Of a stretch of DNA of 64,000 bases, positions 30,209 to 39,646 are shown piece after piece. Position 1 is the stretch's first letter; every line of letters starts with the position of its first letter. The DNA lies in assembly GCA_943787795.1 (NCBI GenBank), contig CALSNU010000006.1, positions 128,001-192,000 of the forward strand, given 5' to 3'. The stretch comes from an uncultured bacterium (lineage in GTDB: Bacteria > Planctomycetota > UBA1135 > GCA-002686595). The position numbers and the translations under genes are program-made. The notes beneath the pieces are model-generated. The model made no database searches. It saw only the letters and a list, made by a program, of their open reading frames with translations, and had not been told where the DNA came from.

Positions 30209-32095
30209 CTAGATGAAGCTCAGCTCGAGGCCGTTCGAGAAGTTGAAGCCGGCGCCGCCCGCGGGGGCGTCGCGAAACACGAGCTGGAAGTGCCAGGTGC
30301 TGCCGCTGAGAATGGTCGCAGCGGGAACCGGCGGCGTCGCCAGGTCGAAGGGCGCTGAGAGGAGGCTGCCGCTGGCCAGGGCCGGGGGGCTGCGGAAGAG
30401 CTGCGAGCCAAGGCATAGAACGCCATTGCCCACCGGCATCCCGGGCTGGGTTGACTGGCCGTAGAAGAAGAACCCGAAGCCGTCGGGCAGCGGACCCACA
30501 TGCAGGCTGAGGTCGTTCGCTGCGATGGAGCAGCTGCCTGTGAAGGACGTGACGGCGGGGAGCCCGGTGGAGTTGGGGGTCGCCTGACAGAAGCTCGTGG
30601 CGAGGCAGGTGTTCTCCCACAGGAGCACCTCATCGGCGATTTCGTCGAGCAGGGCGATGTCGAGGTCCTGGTCGCCATCGAAGTCGAAGAGCAGGGCACA
30701 CGCGGGGTTCTGGCTGGCGATGAAGGTCGTCTCGGTCGTGAAGTTGCCGGCGCCATTGTTCATGTGCATCGTCCATGCTCCCCCGCTGAAGGCGGACATG
30801 ATCCAGTCGAGGTCACCGTCGCCGTCGAGGTCCCCGAGGTCGGTCGCGACCACAAGACCGCCAGTGGACTGCACCTGCTGCAGGGAGAGGCCGCCGCTGC
30901 CGTCGCCGAGCGCGATCGTGCCCGTGGCGTCGACGCCGTTACTGGTCGCAACGTCGAGGTTGCCGTCGCCGTTGATGTCTCCCAGGACCACCATCCAGAT
31001 ACGCCCGGCGCCGTTGAGGACGCCGCTCTGGGTGAAGGTGCCGTCGCCGTTACCCAGCCAGACGATGAGGCGCCGGGAGCCCTGGGCGCCAACGACGAAG
31101 TCGATGATGCCATCGTTGTTCATGTCGCCGGACGCGAGGCCCCATTCGGAGCTGCCGCCGCCATTGAAGGAGGTACGTGCGCCGAGGGTTCCGTCGCCAT
31201 TGTTCAGGCGTATGGAGAGATGACTGGAGTTAGCGTTGGCCGAGATCACGTCGCTGTCGCCATCGCCGTCCATATCGAAGACGGCGAGGCCACGTGGAAG
31301 GTCGCCCATGTAGTACTGCGCGCTGGGGTCGAAGGTCCCGTCGCCTCTTCCGAGGAGCACGGAGATGGTGTCTCCGATCTTGTCCCCCGTCACGATGTCC
31401 ATGAGTCCATCGCCGTTCATGTCACATGACTCGTTCGGGCTCGGTGTGTTCCCGGTGCCCGTCGGCGGCGTGAGGAACGGGTCAAAGCTCGCGGTGCCGT
31501 CGGCGCGGTTGAGGAAGACGCGGACGTCGCTGGAGTCCTGGTTGATGATGGCGAGGTCCACCGCTCCGTCGTCATTCAGATCGGAGGCCTGGCCCCCGTA
31601 GACCCGGACCCCGTTGCCGTTAGGGGAGCGGACGTTGAGCGTGTCACCCTGGCTGAACGTCATCGTGGTCGGACGGGTGCGGACGCGGAATTCGCTGTGG
31701 AAACCTGCGCTGCGCAGTGCGCTGCCATCCAGGGCGACGACGTCATGGGAGACGCCCAGCTGCACGACCTCGCCCGCTGCGAACGGCTCGGTCGGCGTGA
31801 AGCGGGCAGCGAAGCCGCCGGGGTCCAGAGTCCACGTTCCCGCAGCGGGGCCAGTGGACTTTCCGAAGACCCTGAGGTGACCGCTCGCAGGTGGCAGCGC
31901 CGCCAAGCTGATGGCTCGATCGAAGGTCACCACAATCTGCGCGTTGGGTAGCACGTTGCTGGCATTCATGGCCGGTTGAACCGAGTCAACCGTGAGCTGA
32001 GCCGAGGCCGCGACTGAGAGCGCCAAGGGCGCGATGGCGCCGGTGAGGACGCGGGTGAAGACGCGGGTGGCGTTACAGCGAAGCGAGAGGTACAT
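30209..32095 (-). CDS. Secreted Ig-like (Big_5) plus FG-GAP repeat protein with a planctomycete-type C-terminal domain
   Basis: IVVTFDRAI; seven DxxxDGxxD repeats; C-terminal CQATPNSTG..LCLG..FQLVFRD..NFSNGLELSFI. Confidence 0.88.
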   Translation of the reverse strand: MYLSLRCNATRVFTRVLTGAIAPLALSVAASAQLTVDSVQPAMNASNVLPNAQIVVTFDRAISLAALPPASGHLRVFGKSTGPAAGTWTLDPGGFAARFTPTEPFAAGEVVQLGVSHDVVALDGSALRSAGFHSEFRVRTRPTTMTFSQGDTLNVRSPNGNGVRVYGGQASDLNDDGAVDLAIINQDSSDVRVFLNRADGTASFDPFLTPPTGTGNTPSPNESCDMNGDGLMDIVTGDKIGDTISVLLGRGDGTFDPSAQYYMGDLPRGLAVFDMDGDGDSDVISANANSSHLSIRLNNGDGTLGARTSFNGGGSSEWGLASGDMNNDGIIDFVVGAQGSRRLIVWLGNGDGTFTQSGVLNGAGRIWMVVLGDINGDGNLDVATSNGVDATGTIALGDGSGGLSLQQVQSTGGLVVATDLGDLDGDGDLDWIMSAFSGGAWTMHMNNGAGNFTTETTFIASQNPACALLFDFDGDQDLDIALLDEIADEVLLWENTCLATSFCQATPNSTGLPAVTSFTGSCSIAANDLSLHVGPLPDGFGFFFYGQSTQPGMPVGNGVLCLGSQLFRSPPALASGSLLSAPFDLATPPVPAATILSGSTWHFQLVFRDAPAGGAGFNFSNGLELSFI

Positions 32096-32457
32096 GGCTA
32101 GGTCGCGTCGTGGATGGGAAGAAGGTGGCCAGTCGAAGGGCCGTCTCGGAGAGAGGGGGGGCACAGCTGCGGCCTGGGCCCCTGCGCGGCGCAAGGCAGG
32201 GCCGCTCGACCCTAGCACACGGTTCAGGTGCTGAGCCGAGCAAGCGGCCTGCAGGTCTCGTAGAGCCCGTTGCTGGCCCAGGGCCCGGCGGAACCACCCC
32301 CCCGATGACGGGCACCTGGTCGCCCATGAAGAGATCGGCCTGGGGGGCACCTGGACCCGTGGAGCGGCAGATCTACCCGGAGATCGCCGATTGGCCGCGA
32401 GCCCCCTCGACAGCCGACCCTTGGAGGACCGAAGTCAACTCGCGGCGGGTGGTGGAG

Positions 32458-32533
32458 TGGCTCCCCGAGCAGGATTCGAACCTGCGACACAGCGGTTAAC
32501 AGCCGCTTGCTCTACCAACTGAGCTATCGGGGA
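32458..32533 (-). tRNA. tRNA-Asn (GTT)
   Basis: 76-nt cloverleaf TCCCCGA..GTT..GTTCGAATC..GCCA with encoded CCA. Confidence 0.97.
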
Positions 32534-32543
32534 ATGAGGCCGA

Positions 32544-32571
32544 AGAATAGCCCCCTGGGGAGGCTTGTCAA
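32544..32571 (-). promoter_or_regulatory. Sigma70-type promoter of tRNA-Asn
   Basis: TTGACA-N16-TATTCT immediately upstream of the tRNA. Confidence 0.7.
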
Positions 32572-32724
32572 GCAACTGCGACGGGTCCGTGGACCTGAAA
32601 TCGCGCTCAGCACGATGCCCCACGAATGAGACCGGCGGGCTTCTCCAAGGGGGCACCGACTTGAGGTCCACCCGTCGGCGGGACCCCGACCTGTCCTCGG
32701 ATGGCCCGGCCCTCCCGCTACGGA

Positions 32725-33558
32725 TCAGTACTTCAGGCCCAGCTTCTTCAATTTGGGAGCGATGACCATCTGGCAGTACCCCTGGGAGGTGTTGTCGAAG
32801 TAGTAGCCCTGGTGGTACTGCTCTGCGGGGTAGAAGACGGCGGCTCCCGTGACCTCGGTCACGATGGGGTCGTCGAAGGTGGGCTGAACGTCCCGCTTGG
32901 AGGTCTCTGCGATCTTCCGCTGCTCGTCGGAGTGGACGAAGATCGCGGACCGATACTGGGTGCCCCGGTCGTTGCCTTGGCGGTTGAGGGTCGTCGGGTC
33001 ATGCAGGCGCCAGAACCAGTCCAGCAGCTCGGCATAGGTCAGGACTGACGGGTCGAAGGTGACCCTCACGACCTCCGCGTGACCGGTTCGTCCGGTGCAG
33101 ATGTCCTTGTAGGTGGGGTTGTCGGTCTCGCCGCCGGTATACCCCGACTCCACCGACTTGACGCCCTCGACCTGCTCAAGGACCGCCTCGATGCACCAGA
33201 AGCAGCCCGCTCCAAGGGTGGCCACCTCCTCTGTGGGTGCCGCTTCCGTCTGATCGTCGCTCATTGTGTTCTGGGGGCTGGAGGTCGAGGGGTCTGAGGT
33301 GGCCTGGCCGGGAGTGGTTTCCGATGCAGCGGCGCCCTGCTCGGCGCGCGGGTCAACGGGGGCGAGGGTCGCGTCCCAACCACCGGCGCTCATCTCGCCG
33401 GCCTTCGAGCCAGGCTCGCCGGGGGCAACGACCGAGGTGGCGGCGCCCTCTGTGGTCGTGGGGGCGTCTCCGGCGCTACAGCCTGATGAGCCAGCCAGTG
33501 AAAGCATCAAGCCCAGGGCGACGGCGAGTTGGGCGAGTGGTGATGTCGGTTGGATCAT
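32725..33558 (-). CDS. msrA: Peptide-methionine (S)-S-oxide reductase with an N-terminal signal/linker extension
   Basis: GCFWC, SGYTGG, TGHAE, HDPT..NRQGND.GTQYRS and AEQYHQ motifs. Confidence 0.93.
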   Translation of the reverse strand: MIQPTSPLAQLAVALGLMLSLAGSSGCSAGDAPTTTEGAATSVVAPGEPGSKAGEMSAGGWDATLAPVDPRAEQGAAASETTPGQATSDPSTSSPQNTMSDDQTEAAPTEEVATLGAGCFWCIEAVLEQVEGVKSVESGYTGGETDNPTYKDICTGRTGHAEVVRVTFDPSVLTYAELLDWFWRLHDPTTLNRQGNDRGTQYRSAIFVHSDEQRKIAETSKRDVQPTFDDPIVTEVTGAAVFYPAEQYHQGYYFDNTSQGYCQMVIAPKLKKLGLKY

Positions 33559-33570
33559 GGTCTGAGTACC

Positions 33571-34497
33571 TCAAAGGTGTTCCAGCAGCGGATCGGGGAG
33601 GCGAATCGGCCCCGCCTCCTGGCTCCCCATCATGGGCTCTCTCAACCAGAACTTCGCGGGCCGGTCATGCTCGGTTTCGGTGAAACCCGCACTACGGGCC
33701 GCCCAGCGGCAGATCCGCTCCGGAGACATCCCTTGGTTTCGCAGCTCCCGGAGGGTGACGGCTCCATCCCGCTTTGCGAGGCGCTCGCCCTGGGCATCCA
33801 GGACGAGCGGAACGTGGGACTGCCGCGGCACGGGCAGATCGAGCGCCCTCGCCAGGAGGATCTGTCGGGCGGCGCTGGGGACCAGATCGTCGCCCCGGAG
33901 CACCTCCGTGACCCCCTGGAAGGCATCGTCGACCACCGTCGCCAGCTGATAGGAAGCCACACCATCCTTCCGGGCCACCACGAAGTCGCCCGCGGTGGTC
34001 GCCACGTTGACCTGCTGCGGTCCGAGGGCCCCGTCGGTCCAGCGGACGGCGTCGTCACTGGCCCGGAAGCGGAGGGCAAAGGTCCCAGGGGCCGCCGTTG
34101 CGGCTCGGCTGGGGTCCAGCCGGCAGGTCGCCGGATATCGAGTCTCGCCGTCAGGGCCCTGTGGTGCACTCCCTGCGCTGGCGATCTCCTTCCTCGTACA
34201 CACGCAGGGATAGATCGCCCCGGCGTCCTCCAGCGTCTCCAGGGCCGCCCGGTAGGCGGCCGCCCTGGAGGACTGGAAGAGGGGCTCACCGTCCCAATCG
34301 AGCCCGAGCCATTCCAGGTCCTCGAGGATGCCCTCGGCGCTCCCTGGCAACACCCGCTGGTCATCCAGGTCATCCACTCGAAGAACCACACCTCCACCCT
34401 GGCTCCTTGCGGACCACCAGGCCAGGAGGAAGGAGCGCGCATGCCCGAGGTGGAGGCGACCCGTCGGCGAGGGCGCGAGGCGTCCCACGACGGTCAC
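33571..34497 (-). CDS. gluQ: Glutamyl-Q tRNA(Asp) synthetase
   Basis: GRLAPSPTG.LHLGH, YPCVCTR, YQLA.VVDD and RLAKR; lacks an anticodon-binding domain. Confidence 0.9.
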   Translation of the reverse strand: MTVVGRLAPSPTGRLHLGHARSFLLAWWSARSQGGGVVLRVDDLDDQRVLPGSAEGILEDLEWLGLDWDGEPLFQSSRAAAYRAALETLEDAGAIYPCVCTRKEIASAGSAPQGPDGETRYPATCRLDPSRAATAAPGTFALRFRASDDAVRWTDGALGPQQVNVATTAGDFVVARKDGVASYQLATVVDDAFQGVTEVLRGDDLVPSAARQILLARALDLPVPRQSHVPLVLDAQGERLAKRDGAVTLRELRNQGMSPERICRWAARSAGFTETEHDRPAKFWLREPMMGSQEAGPIRLPDPLLEHL

Positions 34498-34555
34498 GGT
34501 AGGCGCCCCCCGGGAGCGTCATCCACTCGCTTCGCGCAGCGGGTCTGGAGGGCGC

Positions 34556-35713
34556 TCAGCGCAGCAGTCCCCGGGGCCCGCGCCCGCGGGCGTCCTCGCG
34601 GAGCTTGCGGGGGACCTCGTCGCCGAAGGTCGTATAGCAGGAGCGCGCCGCGAGCACGTGCGGGTCGTCAATGGGGACCGTGCGCTGCCCCTGCCCGGGA
34701 ACCGTGATGTCCACATCTCCCACAGCCCCGCCGCGCCACGCCACCATCCGGTTGGCGGCGCCCTCAAGCAGCAGGCGGGTGGCGTGGGCGCCGAAGAGGG
34801 TGCCGAGCACGCGATCGTCCGCGACGGGGGAGCCGCCACGCTGGACATGCCCGAGCGTCACGGCGCGAGCTTCCACCTCGGACCGACGGTCAATCTCGTG
34901 GGCGATCTGCTCCCCGATGCCGCCGAGCTTGACGGGATCGGGCGAGGTCGGATCCAAAGTGTGGATCACCTGCTCGCCGCCCTCCATGCAGGCGCCCTCG
35001 GCGACACAGATCACCGTCGAGCGACGCCCGATGGAGGTTCGCCAGTCGATCTGTTCGAGGATGTGCTCGAGGCGGAACGGGATCTCCGGGATGAGGACGA
35101 CATCGGCGCCTCCTGCGATCCCCGCGTGCAGCGCGATCCAGCCCGCGTTGCGCCCCATGACCTCCACGACGAGCGCGCGGCCGTGGCTCTCCGCCGTCGT
35201 GTGCACTCGATCGAGGGCCTCGGTGGCGACCTCGACCGCGGACTGGAAGCCGAAGGTGAGCTCGGTGCCGTGGACGTCGTTGTCAATGGTCTTGGGGACG
35301 CCGATGACCGGGATGCCCGCCGCGGCAAAGGGCTGCGCGCATGCCATGGTGCCGTCCCCGCCAATCACGACCAGCGCCTCGAGGCGGTGCTCCTCGATCG
35401 TGGTGAAGCAGTCTGCTGTGACGTCCTCCCAGGTGACCGTCCCATCCTCGGCCTGGCCCGTCGCGAAGCGCGCGGGGTTGGCCTTGTTCGAGGTGCCCAG
35501 GATCGTGCCCCCGAGCTTCAAGATGCCCGAGACGTCGTCGTAGCGCAGGTCACGGACGCGGTTCTCGATCAGGCCGAGGAACCCGTCCTCGATGCCGTGG
35601 ACGTCCAGGCCGGATTGGATGGCGTGCTTGGTCACGGAGCGCAGGACGGCGTTCAGTCCGGGACAATCTCCGCCGCCGGTGAGGACTCCAATGCGCCTGG
35701 GGGTGGTGGTCAT
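34556..35713 (-). CDS. pfkA: 6-phosphofructokinase (GGDG, ATP-type motif)
   Basis: TGGGDCPGLN, GGDGT, PKTIDND, EVMGR and LGHVQRGG motifs. Confidence 0.93.
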   Translation of the reverse strand: MTTTPRRIGVLTGGGDCPGLNAVLRSVTKHAIQSGLDVHGIEDGFLGLIENRVRDLRYDDVSGILKLGGTILGTSNKANPARFATGQAEDGTVTWEDVTADCFTTIEEHRLEALVVIGGDGTMACAQPFAAAGIPVIGVPKTIDNDVHGTELTFGFQSAVEVATEALDRVHTTAESHGRALVVEVMGRNAGWIALHAGIAGGADVVLIPEIPFRLEHILEQIDWRTSIGRRSTVICVAEGACMEGGEQVIHTLDPTSPDPVKLGGIGEQIAHEIDRRSEVEARAVTLGHVQRGGSPVADDRVLGTLFGAHATRLLLEGAANRMVAWRGGAVGDVDITVPGQGQRTVPIDDPHVLAARSCYTTFGDEVPRKLREDARGRGPRGLLR

Positions 35714-35931
35714 GGGGAGGAGTCTAACGGCCTGACCACCCCACGTATCGCGTGCAGTCGGCATCCCCTCCGCGTCCAGGGCAAATCTGCGGCCAGGGCG
35801 ATCGGTGCAGGTGGACCCCAGCCGGGGCGGGTCGTCGAGCCCCATCTGGTACAGGCCCAGGATGCCTCGGCGCTGAATCTGCCACCAAGTGCGACGGCCT
35901 CTGGCGCGCCACCGAGATAGGCTTGGCCAAC

Positions 35932-36480
35932 ATGGAGTACCGACCCACAGCGATCCCCGACGTCGTTCTCTGCATCCCGAAGGTCTTCGGCGATGAGCGC
36001 GGCTTCTTCATGGAGACCTTCCGCGCCGACGAGTTCGAGCAGGAGTGCGCCCCGGTCAAGTTCGTCCAGGACAACACCTCACGATCCAGCCAGGGGATCC
36101 TGCGTGGGCTCCACTACCAGAACCCCAATCCTCAGGGGAAGCTGGTCCGGGTCAGCGAGGGCGAGGTCTTCGACGTGGCCGTGGACATGCGCAAGGGGTC
36201 CCCGACCTTCGGCAAGTGGGTCGGTGAGTTCCTCTCGGCGGAGAACAAGCACGCGCTCTGGGTGCCGCCGGGATTCGCCCACGGCTTCTACGTCACCACC
36301 GAGGCGGCGGAGTTCAGCTACAAGTGCACGGACTTCTACGCGCCCGAGCACGAGCACGCGCTGAAGTGGAATGACCCGGCGGTGGGGATCGAGTGGCCTC
36401 TGGACCGCGGCGGGCCGCCCAAGCTCTCGCCGAAGGACGAGGCGGGCCGCTCGCTGGCGGACGCTCTCCCCTTCGAGTAG
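35932..36480 (+). CDS. rfbC: dTDP-4-dehydrorhamnose 3,5-epimerase
   Basis: DERGFF, LRGLHYQ, QGKLVRV and GFAHGF motifs. Confidence 0.95.
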   Translation: MEYRPTAIPDVVLCIPKVFGDERGFFMETFRADEFEQECAPVKFVQDNTSRSSQGILRGLHYQNPNPQGKLVRVSEGEVFDVAVDMRKGSPTFGKWVGEFLSAENKHALWVPPGFAHGFYVTTEAAEFSYKCTDFYAPEHEHALKWNDPAVGIEWPLDRGGPPKLSPKDEAGRSLADALPFE

Positions 36481-36557
36481 GCGCCAGGTCGGCCGCAGGT
36501 GCCCGCTGAGCCGTCGGGGCCGGCCCTATCCCTTGACGAGCTGTTGCGCAGGTCCGG

Positions 36558-36737
36558 TCACCCAGCCAACACGTCGACGGGGCCAATGTGGCGACCAAAG
36601 ATCCAGCCAACGGGTAGGCCGGTGACGGCGCCCACGATGAGCCCTGGCATCCCAAAGGGCGTGAAGCTGTAGGCGAGGCCGCCCACGATGAGCGCGCCGG
36701 CGAGCGCGCAGAAGGATTGCCAGATCTTGCGGAGCAT
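36558..36737 (-). CDS. Small two-helix membrane protein
   Basis: 59-aa hydrophobic Gly-rich ORF with GC3 bias, downstream of ahcY. Confidence 0.55.
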   Translation of the reverse strand: MLRKIWQSFCALAGALIVGGLAYSFTPFGMPGLIVGAVTGLPVGWIFGRHIGPVDVLAG

Positions 36738-36904
36738 CAGGGATCGAGGTCGGCCTGGAGCGCACACCAGGGCCCTGGGCGTTCCCGGGGCGAGCGCGGC
36801 GGTGAAGGGGCCTCTCGACCAAATGTAAGTGGCCCCGCCTGGCTAAGCCAGGCGGGGCCACGCTTCAGCGGACGACTCGCCCTCGCGGGCTCATCGCACG
36901 CAGA

Positions 36905-38368
36905 TCAATACCGGTAGGTGTCGGGCTTGTACGGCCCTTCCTGCGGGACGCCGAGGTAGTCGGCCTGGTCCTTGGACATCTCGGTGAGCTTCACGCCGAG
37001 CTGGCCGAGGTGCAGACGGGCGACGCGCTCGTCGAGGTGCTTGGGCAGGGTGTAGACCTTGTTCTCGTAGAGCGACGCGTTCTGGAAGAGCTCGATCTGC
37101 GCCATCACCTGGTTGGTGAAGGAGCAGCTCATGACGAAGCTCGGGTGGCCGGTGGCGCAGCCGAGGTTCAAGAGGCGGCCCTCGGCGAGGACGAGGATGC
37201 TGTGGCCGTCGGGGAACTCCCAGCGATCGACCTGGTCCTTGATGTTCTCACGGACCATCCCGTCCTTCGCCTCGAGCTCCGCCATCTGGATCTCGTTGTC
37301 GAAGTGGCCGATGTTGCCGACGATGGCCATGTCCTTCATCTGCTCCATGTGCTCGAGGCGGATGATGTCCTTGTTGCCGGTGGTCGTGACGAAAACGTCG
37401 GCCTCGGTGAGGTAGTCCTCAAGGACGCCGACCTCGAAGCCCTCCATGACGGCCTGCAGCGCGCAGATCGGGTCAATCTCGGTGACGATGACGCGTGCGC
37501 CCTGGGCGCGGAGCGACTGGGCGGAGCCCTTACCGACGTCACCGTAGCCGCAGATGATCGCGACCTTCCCGGCGAGCATCACGTCCGTCGCGCGGAGGAT
37601 GCCGTCGGTGAGGCTGTGGCGGCAGCCGTAGAGGTTGTCGAACTTGCTCTTCGTCACGGCGTCGTTGACGTTCATCGCCGGGAACGGAAGCTCGCCGCGC
37701 TCAACCATCTGGTTGAGTCGGAGGACACCGGTGGTGGTCTCCTCCGAGACGCCCTTGATGCTTGCCTCGACCTTCTGCCACTTATCGGTGTGCTTGGCGA
37801 CGCTCTTGGTCAGGGAGGCCAGGACCACCTGCCACTCGGCGCTAGCGCCCTCCGCGGCGGCCGGAACGGCGCCCGCGCGCTCGTACTCGGCGCCCTTGAG
37901 GACGTACATGGTGGCGTCGCCACCGTCGTCGAGGATCATGTTCGGCAGCTCGCCCTCGGGCCAGGTGAGCATGCGCTCGGAGCAATCCCAGTACTCCTCG
38001 AGGGTCTCACCCTTCCAGGCGAAGCACGGGATGCCGGTGGGGGCCTCCACGGTGCCGTGGGGGCCTACGACCACCGCGGCGGCGGCGTGGTCCTGGGTGG
38101 AGAAGATGTTGCACGACGCCCAACGCACATCCGCGCCGAGCTCGACCAGCGTCTCGATGAGGACGGCGGTCTGGATCGTCATGTGGAGGGAGCCCGAGAT
38201 CCGAGCGCCCTTCAGGGGAAACTTGCCGGCGTACTCCTCGCGGAGCGCCATGAGGCCAGGCATCTCCTTCTCGGCGATGCGGATCTCCTTGCGGCCGAAG
38301 TCGGCCTCGGCGAGGTCGCGCACGTTGAAGTCGGTCACGACCGGGCGCTGCGTGGTGACAGTGGACAT
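36905..38368 (-). CDS. ahcY: Adenosylhomocysteinase
   Basis: [34 protein letters not shown] and GHPSFVMS motifs. Confidence 0.98.
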   Translation of the reverse strand: MSTVTTQRPVVTDFNVRDLAEADFGRKEIRIAEKEMPGLMALREEYAGKFPLKGARISGSLHMTIQTAVLIETLVELGADVRWASCNIFSTQDHAAAAVVVGPHGTVEAPTGIPCFAWKGETLEEYWDCSERMLTWPEGELPNMILDDGGDATMYVLKGAEYERAGAVPAAAEGASAEWQVVLASLTKSVAKHTDKWQKVEASIKGVSEETTTGVLRLNQMVERGELPFPAMNVNDAVTKSKFDNLYGCRHSLTDGILRATDVMLAGKVAIICGYGDVGKGSAQSLRAQGARVIVTEIDPICALQAVMEGFEVGVLEDYLTEADVFVTTTGNKDIIRLEHMEQMKDMAIVGNIGHFDNEIQMAELEAKDGMVRENIKDQVDRWEFPDGHSILVLAEGRLLNLGCATGHPSFVMSCSFTNQVMAQIELFQNASLYENKVYTLPKHLDERVARLHLGQLGVKLTEMSKDQADYLGVPQEGPYKPDTYRY

Positions 38369-38398
38369 GTTGTTGTTGGGGGTTGGCGCCCTGGGGCG

Positions 38399-39448
38399 TC
38401 AGGGTTGCGGGGCACGCCCGCGGACAAGGTAGAGGGGCAGCGCGACGTCTCCATGGGGAGCGGCCGCGCGACTTTCCGCATCGGTGGTTCCTTCGGACCC
38501 AGGCTGCGGGCAATAACGATCCTCGAGCGGTTCGACGATGACATCGACGAACCCCGCCCGAGTGAGGGCTTGTTGGGTGGTGGCGGGCTCGAGACCCAGG
38601 TGGCGATCCCCGAGGTCCTGATGCATCCACGCTTCGTGGTGGGGCATGAGCTCGACGACGCTGAGCGTCCCGCCGGGCTTCAGGACCCTTAGCATCTCGC
38701 GCAGGGCAGGCGCGAGCTCCGGAAGGTGATGCAACACCATCGCAGCCACCGCACCGTCCAGCTCAGCGTCCGCGAGGGGGAGGGCGTCCAGCTCGCCCTG
38801 TCGGAATTCAACCGCGGTGCGATCCGGCGTGATGTCGCGCAGGCGGCCGCGAGCCTCCTGGAGCATCCCCTCCGAGCGGTCGACGCAGATCAGTCGCTCG
38901 CAAACGCCGGCGAGCGACCGGGCGACGTAGCCCGTGCCGCAGCCGAGATCGGCGAAGGTCAGGCCGGGACGGAGGAGGTGGGCGGTCGCCCGCTCACGCG
39001 CCGTCCCGCGCTCGAACAGGGCTCCCACCTTGTCCCAGTCGCCGGCAACCCGGTCGAAGAACGCCCGCTCGTCCCCCTGGCGCTCGGTGAGGACTCCCGC
39101 GAGGCGCAACCGGTCGGACTGGTGCTCAGCGACCCGCCCGAGGTCCGGCTCGAGCGCGTGCCAGAGCCGTCCCAGGGAGGAGGCTTCCCCCGCGCTCACC
39201 GCCGCCGACCGCAGGTACGTGCTCGTGCCCGCCCGGCGCTCGTCGAGCAGGTCGTGCTCGCGGAGGACGCGCAGGTGGTTGCTCACCCTGCTCTGGGCCA
39301 TCCCCAGACACCGGGCGAGCTCACCCACAGAGAGCTCCTCCATGGCCAGCAGCGCCATGGCTCGCATGCGGGTGGCGTCCGCGAGCACCTTCATCAAGGT
39401 GGGGGCGGAGTGGGGCTGGGTGAGGGAGACGACCATGGGATTGAACAC
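38399..39448 (-). CDS. sahR: ArsR-HTH plus SAM-methyltransferase-fold regulator (SahR-type); exact start uncertain (39448 or 39436)
   Basis: ELSVGEL..QSRVSNHL HTH, FFDRVAGDWD, DLGCGTG and MVLHH; co-oriented directly upstream of ahcY. Confidence 0.85.
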   Translation of the reverse strand: MFNPMVVSLTQPHSAPTLMKVLADATRMRAMALLAMEELSVGELARCLGMAQSRVSNHLRVLREHDLLDERRAGTSTYLRSAAVSAGEASSLGRLWHALEPDLGRVAEHQSDRLRLAGVLTERQGDERAFFDRVAGDWDKVGALFERGTARERATAHLLRPGLTFADLGCGTGYVARSLAGVCERLICVDRSEGMLQEARGRLRDITPDRTAVEFRQGELDALPLADAELDGAVAAMVLHHLPELAPALREMLRVLKPGGTLSVVELMPHHEAWMHQDLGDRHLGLEPATTQQALTRAGFVDVIVEPLEDRYCPQPGSEGTTDAESRAAAPHGDVALPLYLVRGRAPQP

Positions 39449-39451
39449 TCA

Positions 39452-39467
39452 ATCATGACCCGGTGAT
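39452..39467. promoter_or_regulatory. Candidate SahR autoregulatory operator
   Basis: ATCA-N8-TGAT inverted repeat directly upstream of the sahR start. Confidence 0.5.
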
Positions 39468-39646
39468 GAAGCGGATTCCAGGGTGCAAGGGCACATTTCA
39501 CCGAGAAAATCGACCTGAAATGAGACTCGGGCCAGTTCCCCAGAAGGCGAACCGGCCCGAGTCGAGTGATGGAGCCAGGCCCCTGCGGCTAGCGGTCGCG
39601 GGGCTGGCTGACGGTAAGCGTCAGGCGAGCCGCTTCCGAGCCGGCT

